Source: Gemmataceae bacterium | GTDB taxonomy: Bacteria > Planctomycetota > Planctomycetia > Gemmatales > Gemmataceae | DNA length: 47,620 bases | Assembly: GCA_019747655.1 (NCBI GenBank) | Contig: JAIEQO010000290.1 | Location: 1 to 47,620, forward strand | Direction: 5' to 3' | Shown: in pieces, positions 16,387-24,756 of the stretch | Layout of the letters: each line of letters begins with the position of its first letter | How positions within the stretch are numbered: position 1 is the stretch's first letter | Notes under the pieces: model-generated | What the model was told of the DNA's origin: nothing | Database searches by the model: none | Seen by the model: only the letters and a program-made list of their open reading frames with translations | Program-made: the position numbers and the translations under genes

Positions 16387-18207
16387 TCATGTGGACGAAC
16401 CGCCGCCGGGCGTTCGTCCCGATTCCTTGATCTGGCGGCGCGTCAACTCCCGCGCTAGAAACCCCTCCGGGTCCGACGGGTTGTGGGTGGCGGCCTCCCG
16501 GTAGATGCCCGGCACGTTCCGAAACTCGGCGAAACGGTCGTCGGCAACGAGACGGGCGATCGTGTCCTGCACCCGTAGCAAGTATCCCTCCGGGTTCGAC
16601 GGGTAGCGGGTGGCGGCCTCCCGGTAGATGCCCGGCACGTTCCGAAACTCGGCGAAACGGTCGTCGGCCCCCAGCCGGAGGCAGGTGTCACGCACCTGGG
16701 TGAGAAACCCCTCCGGGTCCGAGAGGTAACTCACGGCCGCCTGACGGAATACAAACGGGTACTCGCGGAACTCGGCGAACCGCTCGTCGGCCTGGAGCCG
16801 GATGATCGCATCCTGCACCCGTTGCAGATAATTCTCCGGGTCGGTGGGGCGGCTGATGGCAGCGGACCGATAAATGCCTGGGGTGTCGCGGAACTCGGCG
16901 AAGCGGTCGTCGGTTGCGAGCCGAGCAGTGGCGGCCGCGACTTGCGTCAGGAACCCCTCCGGGTCGAGAGGGGACCGCTCGGCCGCCGCGCGGAAGATGT
17001 AAGGGTACTCACGGAACTCGGCGAATCGCTCGTCCGCGGCGAGGCGTGACACCGCTTGTTGCGTGCGGAGAAGAAAACCCTCCGGGTCGTTCGACCAGTA
17101 GACTGCGGCTTGGCGGAACACGCCCGGCGCGTCCCGGAACTCGGCGAACCGCTCATCAGCGGACAAGCGGGCGATCGCATCGGCGACCCGAGCGAGAAAG
17201 CCCTCGGGGTCCGACGGGTTGCCCATAGCCGCCTTGCGGAACACACCTGGGGTGTCGAGGAACGCCGCGAACCGGTCGTCGGCCGCGAGCCGAGCCGCGG
17301 TCGACGCGATTTGCGTCAGGAACCGCTCCGGGTCGGCTGGGCTGTGGAGGCTGGCCTCGATGAACAGCGAGGGGGCGTCGCGGAACTCGGCGAATCGGTC
17401 GTCGCCCGCGAGCCGCGCGGCCGACCGCTGAACGCCTAGCAGAAACCCCTCCGGGTCCGCCGGGTGAGAGAGGGCGACCTGCCGGTAAACGCCGGGGCTG
17501 CGCCGGAACTCGGCGAACCGCTCGTCGGCCTCCAGCCGGGTAACCGCCTGCTGGGTGCGGACGAGGAATGCTTCGGGGTCCACCGGGTAGCCGCGGGCGG
17601 CGAAGCGAAACACGCCTGGGGTGTCGCGGAACTCGGCGAACCGCTCGTCGGCCTCCAACCGCCAGATCGCATTTTGCGCGCGGACCAAGGCGGCCGCCGG
17701 GTCCGCCGGGTACTGCTTTGCGGCCATACGGATGAACCCAGGGGTGTCGGCCAACTCGGGGAACTGCCCGGCCAGATCGTCGAGTGCGCCGTTGAACAGC
17801 GTGGCCGCGGTTAGCGCTTCGGCGTCGCCCGCAAGAGCTTCAACGTTGACGGCCAGTTCCAGGGCGAGCAGCCGGTAGACGGTCGGCCGCAGGTCGTCCG
17901 GGACCGGTACGCGCCTCCGCCGGCACATCTCCTCGAATCGCTCGAACAAATGGCCCTGAACGTCATGGGGTACAAGAGCGGCATCTGGAGAGCCGAGCTC
18001 GGCCAGCAGTCGGCTGCCGTCCCAGGCGTCGAAACACGCTTCCAGGGTCTCGTCGGGCAGGTGGGGGCGGCCGGTGAACTTCTTGCCGCTCTCTCGCTGG
18101 ACCCGTCGGACTTCATTCATGAAATCAGCGGCCCGCTGGAGTCGCTCCGGGCGGATCGAATCGGCGATGGCGGGTGTTGAAGGTGTGGACTCGGACGGAT
18201 CGGACAC
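16387..18207 (-). CDS. Tandem-repeat protein with about 11 x 41-aa helical repeats
   Basis: Repeat D[ED]RFAEFRxxPGxFRxAAxxxPxDPEGFLxxxxxxxxRLxA; start re-called at GTG 18207 because the track start at 18249 lies inside the predicted promoter. Confidence 0.85.
   Translation of the reverse strand: MSDPSESTPSTPAIADSIRPERLQRAADFMNEVRRVQRESGKKFTGRPHLPDETLEACFDAWDGSRLLAELGSPDAALVPHDVQGHLFERFEEMCRRRRVPVPDDLRPTVYRLLALELAVNVEALAGDAEALTAATLFNGALDDLAGQFPELADTPGFIRMAAKQYPADPAAALVRAQNAIWRLEADERFAEFRDTPGVFRFAARGYPVDPEAFLVRTQQAVTRLEADERFAEFRRSPGVYRQVALSHPADPEGFLLGVQRSAARLAGDDRFAEFRDAPSLFIEASLHSPADPERFLTQIASTAARLAADDRFAAFLDTPGVFRKAAMGNPSDPEGFLARVADAIARLSADERFAEFRDAPGVFRQAAVYWSNDPEGFLLRTQQAVSRLAADERFAEFREYPYIFRAAAERSPLDPEGFLTQVAAATARLATDDRFAEFRDTPGIYRSAAISRPTDPENYLQRVQDAIIRLQADERFAEFREYPFVFRQAAVSYLSDPEGFLTQVRDTCLRLGADDRFAEFRNVPGIYREAATRYPSNPEGYLLRVQDTIARLVADDRFAEFRNVPGIYREAATHNPSDPEGFLARELTRRQIKESGRTPGGGSST
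16460..17770 (-). repeat. 123-bp coding tandem repeat array
   Basis: gaactcggcgaa-like motif recurs every 123 bp; 16485-16545 is identical to 16608-16668. Confidence 0.95.
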
Positions 18208-18239
18208 GGCGGCTCGGGAATCGTTGCTCTCTGCTAACG

Positions 18240-18271
18240 ATTCTCGCACCCGCGGGTTAACAACTCGTAAA
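18240..18271 (-). promoter_or_regulatory. TTTA-N7-TTAAC box and -10 (TGcGAGAAT) upstream of the repeat-protein gene
   Basis: Minus strand TTTACGAGTTGTTAAC-N10-GAGAAT. Confidence 0.5.
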
Positions 18272-18349
18272 CGCTATGTGCGAAGGGGATGTCACCCCGT
18301 ACCGGGGAAGTGACCGGGGGTGGCTCGCGTCCGGCGGGAGGTTCTTTAC

Positions 18350-19210
18350 TTACAACCCGAGCATGCGCGTGAACCAGGTGAGGGCGTGGAACGTCTCCGG
18401 GCGGGTCGATTCCGCCTCCCTTCTGCAATCCTCAATCGTCGGAAGGCGAAACCACCTGGCGGCCCGCGTTCGGCCGACAACCAAAGCCAGTGCCCTCGCC
18501 AGCAAAATCCGCAGGTCGAGCCATAGGCCGGCGTGCCGACAGTACCAGAGGGCCACGGCGAGCATGGACGGGTGGTGGGGCGGCGCGCCGGGGGTAAGAA
18601 GGCTGTGCAATCCCGTCAGTCCGGGCGGGTTATCGGCCCGTTCCGCCAGACCGCGGCCCTTTGCGACCGCGAAGTCCGCGAAGAAGTCGGGCGGCGGGCC
18701 GACCAAGCTCCAGTCGCCTCGCAGGACACCGAGCAGCAGCGGAGCGCGCGAGAGTCCGGTGCCAAGCAGGAATTGACCGATCCGTGTGGGCGCTCGTACT
18801 TGTCGATTTCTTGAAGAAGAATTTGTTAAACTGTCCAGCCGGTCTTCCCCGGCAACGCTTTCGGGCCGGCGAGGCACTCGCAGTTGCCGACCACGAAGAG
18901 TTCCGCCCCACCGCCCGGCGAGATCGACTCGCTCGAAGGCGGGCCTTCGCAAGATCAGGCGCACGAGCAAGGCGGCGGCGATCACGAACGGCGTCAGCAA
19001 GACGACGGCGAGCGATGAAAGTGCAAGGTCCAGGCACCATTTCGCTCGGAGATACCGCGACAGTCGCCGCAAGGCCGCTCCGCGAATGCGGGCGTGGCGC
19101 GGGGAGTGCGCGCACACCAAGTCCCGCGCCTCGTCGGCTTCTTCGGGGGTGGCGAGCCCCAACGCGGCCCGGTTGAGTCGCGTCAGGGGATTATCGGCGT
19201 CGTCCGTCAC
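18350..19210 (-). CDS. Degenerate sugar transferase (PglC/WcaJ-type phosphoglycosyltransferase) homologue with extra N-terminal segment
   Basis: KWCLDLALS, TRIGQFL, VLRGDWSLVGPPP, PGLTGL, LWLDLRIL; catalytic LDELPQ reads LSRAPL. Confidence 0.75.
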   Translation of the reverse strand: MTDDADNPLTRLNRAALGLATPEEADEARDLVCAHSPRHARIRGAALRRLSRYLRAKWCLDLALSSLAVVLLTPFVIAAALLVRLILRRPAFERVDLAGRWGGTLRGRQLRVPRRPESVAGEDRLDSLTNSSSRNRQVRAPTRIGQFLLGTGLSRAPLLLGVLRGDWSLVGPPPDFFADFAVAKGRGLAERADNPPGLTGLHSLLTPGAPPHHPSMLAVALWYCRHAGLWLDLRILLARALALVVGRTRAARWFRLPTIEDCRREAESTRPETFHALTWFTRMLGL

Positions 19211-19967
19211 GGACTGCCTCCTGCCGTGGGAACTCCAACTTTCGCTTGGAGGAGATGGCGTATTTTTCGAGCCCGAGGCCGTCTTCGGCCAATAGCCGAA
19301 GGCACACCACCCACGCCTGCCCCCAGTCCAAAATGACTTGGGCGACGTCCTCGACGGATTTTACGCTGCGTACTGGGGCAGGAATCGTTTCAGCCACTGC
19401 CGCGAGCGTCTCTTTCAGAAATCGCTCGGTTCGCTCCGGCCTGTGCCCAACCAAGTGCTCCATCGGCCCGTCGCTGGTGAAGTAGTGGAACAGGCAGAGC
19501 AGCGCCTCCGGCGTGAGCGGAGCTTCCGCGTCTTGATCAAACGGGTCGCCTTTCAGGAGGGACCGGGCAAAGGCGGTCGCGTGGCAGAAGCCGCCGAGGT
19601 TGAGAACCGCTTCGGCGGCAAGAGGCTGCCCCAACTGGCTCGGGACCGCAAACAGGACGTAGAACCGCTGGAACTCCTTGAACGGCGGGTCTTGCTCGCC
19701 GCGTATCCACCGACCGGGCGTCGCGTGGTTCGTGTTCAGCCGGCGCGCCGCCTCGGTCTTGCCCGTCTCGGTGGCCTTCAGACACTGTGCCATCCACTCC
19801 AGGGAACGCGCGGTCTGGAACCGCCACATCCCGTGCTCGAACTGGTCTACCAGTTCCTGCCGTAACTGCTCCCGCGTCATCGCCCGCAATGATTCGATCA
19901 GGCGGACCACGAGGGGGTCGTATTCCGGTACGTACTCGGGCGTGATCGTTTCCGCTTCGATGCCCAC
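19191..19967 (-). CDS. XRE/Cro-like HTH protein with C-terminal helical domain
   Basis: GKTEAARRLNTNHATPGRWIRGEQDP; GGAGG RBS before TTG/GTG at 19970/19967. Confidence 0.65.
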   Translation of the reverse strand: MGIEAETITPEYVPEYDPLVVRLIESLRAMTREQLRQELVDQFEHGMWRFQTARSLEWMAQCLKATETGKTEAARRLNTNHATPGRWIRGEQDPPFKEFQRFYVLFAVPSQLGQPLAAEAVLNLGGFCHATAFARSLLKGDPFDQDAEAPLTPEALLCLFHYFTSDGPMEHLVGHRPERTERFLKETLAAVAETIPAPVRSVKSVEDVAQVILDWGQAWVVCLRLLAEDGLGLEKYAISSKRKLEFPRQEAVRDGRRR

Positions 19968-20018
19968 CAATGTCCCTCCACCACCACTTGTCGCTTCTCT
20001 TGAGCCCACCCGCTGTCG

Positions 20019-20082
20019 CCGTGCGCGCCGCGCACGGGGGCCAAAAACCAGGGGGTAGAAATGAACAACCGGTTGGTCACAC
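20019..20082 (+). promoter_or_regulatory. Palindromic operator plus conserved promoter block, copy 1
   Basis: CCGTGCGCG-C-CGCGCACGG then AAAAACCAGGGGGTAGAA...CAACCGGTTGGTCACA. Confidence 0.7.
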
Positions 20083-20118
20083 GCCAACCGCACGACCCCG
20101 AATCGAAGGAGGTGCGAG

Positions 20119-20922
20119 ATGACACAGGTGCTCAAGAAACCGCTGCAATGGTTCAAGCCCGATCCGGGCCAGGCTCGCAAGCATTTTATCGAAGCCGAGC
20201 TTCGCGATCTCGGCGAATCGCTGCGGGTCCGCCAACTCCAGCCGGTGCTGGCAAAGCCGGACGGGACGATCATCGCCGGGGAGCGGCGCTACCGCGCCGC
20301 CGCACTGGCCGGCATTGCCACCCTCGACGTGATCGTTACCGACGAGCCGCTAACCGAGACGCAGGTCCGGATCGTCCAACTCACCGAGAACGTTCACCGG
20401 GTCGACTTGACCGAAGGGGAGAAGTACCGGGCCTGCGAGGAACTGCTGCGGCTCAACCCTGGCTGGACGAACAAGGATTTGGCGGCCCACCTGAAGCTCT
20501 CGGAGCCGACGGTGACCAAGTATCTGGCTCCGGGCCGCGCGATCCCCGAAGTTCGTCAGGCGCTGGATGCCGGGCAGGTCGGCATCACCACCGTCTACGA
20601 GATCGCCAAGGCTCCGCCGGAATCGCAGGCCCTTCTGCTCCAGATGTCGCTGGCGGGCGAATCCCGTGACGGGCTTGCTCGGCATGTCCGCTCCGCCAAG
20701 CAAAAGGCTGCTCCGCAAACGCGGGTGAAACGCATCGTCTGCCCGCTTCCGTCCGGCATCAGCGTCACGGTGTCTGGTGCTGAACTTTCGCTCGATGAAC
20801 TGATCGACGCCCTCGGCGAAGCCCAAAAGCAGGCCAAGAAAGCCCGCGAGGACGGTCTCGACGCCAAGACCTTTACGGCCGTCCTCAAGGACAAGGCGCG
20901 CAAAGGGGCCAGTCATGGATAA
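20119..20922 (+). CDS. ParB/RepB/Spo0J family protein
   Basis: QLQPVL, IIAGERRYRAA, QLTENVHRVDL, HTH; AAGGAGG RBS. Confidence 0.92.
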   Translation: MTQVLKKPLQWFKPDPGQARKHFIEAELRDLGESLRVRQLQPVLAKPDGTIIAGERRYRAAALAGIATLDVIVTDEPLTETQVRIVQLTENVHRVDLTEGEKYRACEELLRLNPGWTNKDLAAHLKLSEPTVTKYLAPGRAIPEVRQALDAGQVGITTVYEIAKAPPESQALLLQMSLAGESRDGLARHVRSAKQKAAPQTRVKRIVCPLPSGISVTVSGAELSLDELIDALGEAQKQAKKAREDGLDAKTFTAVLKDKARKGASHG

Positions 20923-22531
20923 CGCACCGACACTTCGCCAGTTGCTTCAAACGGGCCTGGGGCTGGGATTGGTCTCCTTCTCGGCCTGGGTGGCCGAACT
21001 GGGCCGTCCGTCCGATCGCTGGATGGCGCTGGCCGGCGGCATAGGCGGCGCGGCCTGCATGGTCCATGCCGTGTTCGGCAAGCGGACGCGCACGATCCGG
21101 CCGAGTGCCGATGGTCTCGAACGGGTGCTCCTGCACTGGGACGAAGAGAACGTCTTTACCGTGCGTGACCTGCTGAATTCTGCCGCGATCTTCGGCCGGA
21201 CCGGCAGTGGGAAAACGTCATCGAGCGGTCGGGCCATCGCCGAGGCGGTGGTTCGACTGCCGGGTAGCGGCGGCCTCATCATCGCGGCGAAGCCGGGCGA
21301 GGATCGCGCGTTTTGGGAAGGCGTATTCGCGGCGGCAGGCCGCAGCGATGACCTGCTTGTGTTCTCGCCCGATCATTCACTTCGCTGCAATCTGCTCGAT
21401 TACGAGATGCGCCACGGCGGCGGGCATACCCGCAACATCACCAAGACGCTTACCACCATCGCAGAGACGCTTCGCTCTAGCGATACCGACAACCGTGAAA
21501 GCTCCGACTTCTGGCAGAAAGAACAAGAACGGATGTTGTTCAACGCGGTCGAGGTGGTCAAACTCGCCACCGGTGGTGTGTCCGCTCCCGACCTGCACAA
21601 GTTTATCGGCACGGCGGCATTGTCGCCCGTCCAGTTCACCTCGACCGATTGGCTGGCGGGGTTTCACAACCAGTGCATGAAGCGGGCGTGGGAAACCCCC
21701 AAGTCCACCGTCACGCAGCACGACTTTGACCTCGCCAAGGAGTACTGGCTCGGTGAATTCCCTGTCATGGCGGATAAAACCCGCTCGTCGATCCTTACTG
21801 GCGTAATGGGCATCCTTCACACTTTCAACACGGGCATCGTCCGCGAGTTGGTCAGCACCACGACGAACGTTACGCCGGACGACTTATTTCGCGGCAAGTT
21901 CATTTTCGTTGACATGCCGGTGTCGGACCTTGGGGATGTTGGAGCGTTCGTCTCCGGAGGCCTGAAGTATCTCTGCCAGCGTGCCATCCTTCGCCGCAAA
22001 GCCAGCGAGTCGGCGAACGTCGCCGTGATCTGGGCCGACGAAGCGCAAGGCGTGGTCACGTCGTTCGACGCTCCGTTCTTGGCTCAGTGCCGCAGTCACC
22101 GTGGCTGTGCCGTTTACATCAGTCAATCGCTTCCCGGCTACTACGCCGCCCTCGGCGGCGAAGCGGGCAAGCGATCTATTGATGCCCTGCTGACCAACTT
22201 CAGCACGAAAGTCTTCCACGCCCTGGGCGACCTGGAAACGGCGGAGTGGGCAAGCGGACTGGTTGGCAGGTCTTTGCAGACCTTCACCGGCGGCTCGATG
22301 GGACAGCAAGACGGGGTGTACGACACGTTGATAGGCCGCTCCCAATACCAGGCCAACTTCTCGCAATCCTTTGAATCCACACTGCAAGCCAACGCCTTCC
22401 TGCACGGACTAAAAACCGGCGGGCAGGTGGCTGGCTTTGTTTGCGATGCCTTCGTGATCCGCACGGGTGAGCCCTTCGTCTCCGGAGCAAATTGGCTGAA
22501 GCGGAGCTTCTCGCAGCGGCCCGGCCGCTGA
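20915..22531 (+). CDS. Type IV coupling protein (VirD4/TraD-like ATPase)
   Basis: Two N-terminal hydrophobic segments, Walker A GRTGSGKT, Walker B VIWADEAQ, CRSH...SQSL, DLETAEWASGLVG. Confidence 0.88.
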   Translation: MDNAPTLRQLLQTGLGLGLVSFSAWVAELGRPSDRWMALAGGIGGAACMVHAVFGKRTRTIRPSADGLERVLLHWDEENVFTVRDLLNSAAIFGRTGSGKTSSSGRAIAEAVVRLPGSGGLIIAAKPGEDRAFWEGVFAAAGRSDDLLVFSPDHSLRCNLLDYEMRHGGGHTRNITKTLTTIAETLRSSDTDNRESSDFWQKEQERMLFNAVEVVKLATGGVSAPDLHKFIGTAALSPVQFTSTDWLAGFHNQCMKRAWETPKSTVTQHDFDLAKEYWLGEFPVMADKTRSSILTGVMGILHTFNTGIVRELVSTTTNVTPDDLFRGKFIFVDMPVSDLGDVGAFVSGGLKYLCQRAILRRKASESANVAVIWADEAQGVVTSFDAPFLAQCRSHRGCAVYISQSLPGYYAALGGEAGKRSIDALLTNFSTKVFHALGDLETAEWASGLVGRSLQTFTGGSMGQQDGVYDTLIGRSQYQANFSQSFESTLQANAFLHGLKTGGQVAGFVCDAFVIRTGEPFVSGANWLKRSFSQRPGR

Positions 22532-22555
22532 ATCACGGCCTGAGTCTGCCGGACG

Positions 22556-22617
22556 GTGCGCGGCGCGCACGGGTGGAAAAACCCAGGGGATAAAACTTAT
22601 CAACCGGGTTGGTCACA
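22556..22617 (+). promoter_or_regulatory. Palindromic operator plus conserved promoter block, copy 2
   Basis: GTGCGCG-G-CGCGCACGGG then AAAAACCCAGGGGATAAAA...CAACCGGGTTGGTCACA. Confidence 0.7.
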
Positions 22618-22695
22618 ACGCGGCCACACAAGCCCGGGATGTTCACCCGAAATGTTCACACCGGCCCGAATGGGCCACAGACCTTGGAGGTTTAC

Positions 22696-23268
22696 ATGTT
22701 TTCGCAACAGCAACAACAGGGCGGTCGCCCGGGCATGGGCGACTCGTTCAACGCCCTGTACTTCGCCGCGAACTGTTTCGCGCTCTGCTTCACGCCGTTC
22801 TTGCGGCGCGACTTGGGCCGCAACGCCATCGGCGTTGCCGGTCTCGGGGCGGGAATCCTCATCCTGTTCTGGGGCAGCTACAGCCACACCATCGCCCTGT
22901 GGTGGTACTTCCTGGCCTGGCTGATCGCACTCATCGGGCAACGCATCCGCACCTTTCAGAACACCCTCAAGGGGATTGTCCCGCACTCTCGCTACCCTGG
23001 CTATCCGCATCTGGCGTTCAGGCTGGTTCCGCGAATTAAGTCCGAAGCGAACGCACGGGCGGTTGAGGCTTTCCTGCTACTCGGCATCGGCGGTCTCATC
23101 GCCATGTTCGACAAGCCGTTCGGCGCTTTCCTTATGACTGGCTTCCCCAGTCTCTTATTTCTGGAAGCGGTGTCCGTCGAGTTCACGCGATCCCAACTGC
23201 AACAGATGCGTGACGCGGAGATCGCGCAACGTGATCTAGCCGAGCGGTATCGAAACGGCCGCTTCTAA
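22696..23268 (+). CDS. Hypothetical multi-pass membrane protein
   Basis: GGAGG RBS; several hydrophobic segments; HSRYPGYP; C-terminal MRDAEI helix. Confidence 0.8.
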   Translation: MFSQQQQQGGRPGMGDSFNALYFAANCFALCFTPFLRRDLGRNAIGVAGLGAGILILFWGSYSHTIALWWYFLAWLIALIGQRIRTFQNTLKGIVPHSRYPGYPHLAFRLVPRIKSEANARAVEAFLLLGIGGLIAMFDKPFGAFLMTGFPSLLFLEAVSVEFTRSQLQQMRDAEIAQRDLAERYRNGRF

Positions 23269-23312
23269 CCCCCAACCCATGAACTACCCCCAACCTGAAA
23301 GGAGGTGTGCCA

Positions 23313-23657
23313 ATGTCAGAGGACACGAAAACCTGGCAGCAGCAACTCGCCGCGTTCGCCAAGGGCGTCGTCACCGAGGCGTTGATGCCGGCAGCCGAGA
23401 AATTGATCCCGCAAGGTGCAGCGGAGTTGTCCCAGGCACTGTACACGGGCGTCGGCTACATGCCATACGGCCCAACGGAAAAACCCGTTCCGATGGAGAT
23501 GGATCACGGCGTTCATGGGCCGCAGTCGGTTCAGGAATCGTCGCAGCAGACACCGCAAGCCGCCGAAGCGGCTCCCCAAGAATCCTACGCATCCATGCTG
23601 AGCACCTATGCCGCCAAGGCCCAGGAGCAACAGCAAACAAAGGAGTCAGTTCGATGA
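23313..23657 (+). CDS. Hypothetical protein
   Basis: AAGGAGG RBS; QGAAELSQALYTG..YMPYG; Q/E-rich tail. Confidence 0.78.
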   Translation: MSEDTKTWQQQLAAFAKGVVTEALMPAAEKLIPQGAAELSQALYTGVGYMPYGPTEKPVPMEMDHGVHGPQSVQESSQQTPQAAEAAPQESYASMLSTYAAKAQEQQQTKESVR

Positions 23658-23878
23658 TTTATGCAAGCATCCAAAGCGACATCGGCCTCGTCCTCGCCAT
23701 CATCGGCGGGTGCTTCGGCATGATGCTCTACCTGATCGGCTTGGCCGGATACATGACGGCCCGGCACATGAAACGTGACTACGACCGGAAGGGCAAAGCC
23801 AAGGGACTCGCCAAGAAAGCGGGTACCACGGCGCTGACTGCACTGCTGAAGCGTCTGTTCCTCGGCCGGTGGCGGTAA
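23654..23878 (+). CDS. Small membrane protein with basic C-terminus
   Basis: ATGA overlap, AAGGAG RBS, one long hydrophobic segment. Confidence 0.7.
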   Translation: MIYASIQSDIGLVLAIIGGCFGMMLYLIGLAGYMTARHMKRDYDRKGKAKGLAKKAGTTALTALLKRLFLGRWR

Positions 23879-23935
23879 CCCTCAACCACAATCCGAGTCA
23901 CCCGAACTTCGGGTGACTCTTCTCAAGGAGACATC

Positions 23936-24328
23936 ATGCAAACGCGACTCAAATTCACCTGCGAGCACTGTGACGCTCACCTCTCCGCCAAGCCCTCCGC
24001 CATCGGGCGCAGCGTGGATTGTCCCCGCTGTGCGGAACCCGTCACGGTGCCACAGACAACAGCTCTGGTCCCGATCAAGCCCCGGTTGGTGGTGCCGGAG
24101 GTGATCGATGACGACGAGCCTCCGCGCAAGCTCGTCCGTCGTGACCGACGACGCCAGTCGTCCACCACGCCGGTCGAACTCTGTCTTCCCGGGCAACTCG
24201 GTGGCATTAAGGCCGAGGTGGACCGCGAGACCAGCAACATGATGGCTACGACGTTCCTCGGCGGACTGCTCGTAGCCCTCGGTGCGGTGTTGTTCTCGAT
24301 GTTCGGTGGCAAGTCGAAGTCCGCGTAA
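23936..24328 (+). CDS. Zn-ribbon protein with C-terminal TM helix
   Basis: CEHC...CPRC; AAGGAG RBS; hydrophobic C-terminus. Confidence 0.82.
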   Translation: MQTRLKFTCEHCDAHLSAKPSAIGRSVDCPRCAEPVTVPQTTALVPIKPRLVVPEVIDDDEPPRKLVRRDRRRQSSTTPVELCLPGQLGGIKAEVDRETSNMMATTFLGGLLVALGAVLFSMFGGKSKSA

Positions 24329-24349
24329 CTTTCGTCCCAACCCACAGAG

Positions 24350-24376
24350 CGGCGAGGGGCTTCCTCGCCGTTCTTT
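24350..24376 (+). terminator. Possible intrinsic terminator
   Basis: CGGCGAGG-ggctt-CCTCGCCG-TTCTTT. Confidence 0.45.
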
Positions 24377-24393
24377 ACCTGGAGGTTCCTGTC

Positions 24394-24636
24394 ATGGCAG
24401 CACTACTCTTGTTTCTGTTCGGGCTCTTGATTGTCCTTTCGCTGTTGGCCGGGATCGCTTACGTGGTCATCACGGTCCATGACCATATGAGCACGTCCCC
24501 GGAAGCGGCCAAGGCAATTTACGACCATGTGTTTCTGCCGGTGTTCGTCGGAGTACACGAGCCGGAAAAGCCCAAATCGTCGAAAGAACCGTCGGAAGCC
24601 GATCCCGGAATCGATCTGGATGAATTCAAGTTGTAA
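24394..24636 (+). CDS. Small single-TM protein
   Basis: GGAGG RBS; N-terminal hydrophobic helix. Confidence 0.72.
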   Translation: MAALLLFLFGLLIVLSLLAGIAYVVITVHDHMSTSPEAAKAIYDHVFLPVFVGVHEPEKPKSSKEPSEADPGIDLDEFKL

Positions 24637-24756
24637 CACGTTCGCCTCCCCGGAAGGAAAGTCCTTCCGGGGGGCTTGCAGGTGGATCTTTTTCTCGGGC
24701 AGCCCGACTGCCTCAGCAACGTAACACGATTCTGACACGCCAAACCGGAGAGACCT

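Noticed and set aside
16460-17770. Regularly spaced repeats that could be taken for a CRISPR array or DGR template/variable repeats
   Set aside because: The period is 123 bp in one open frame with codon-level degeneracy; no cas or reverse transcriptase genes; no adenine-specific pattern evident
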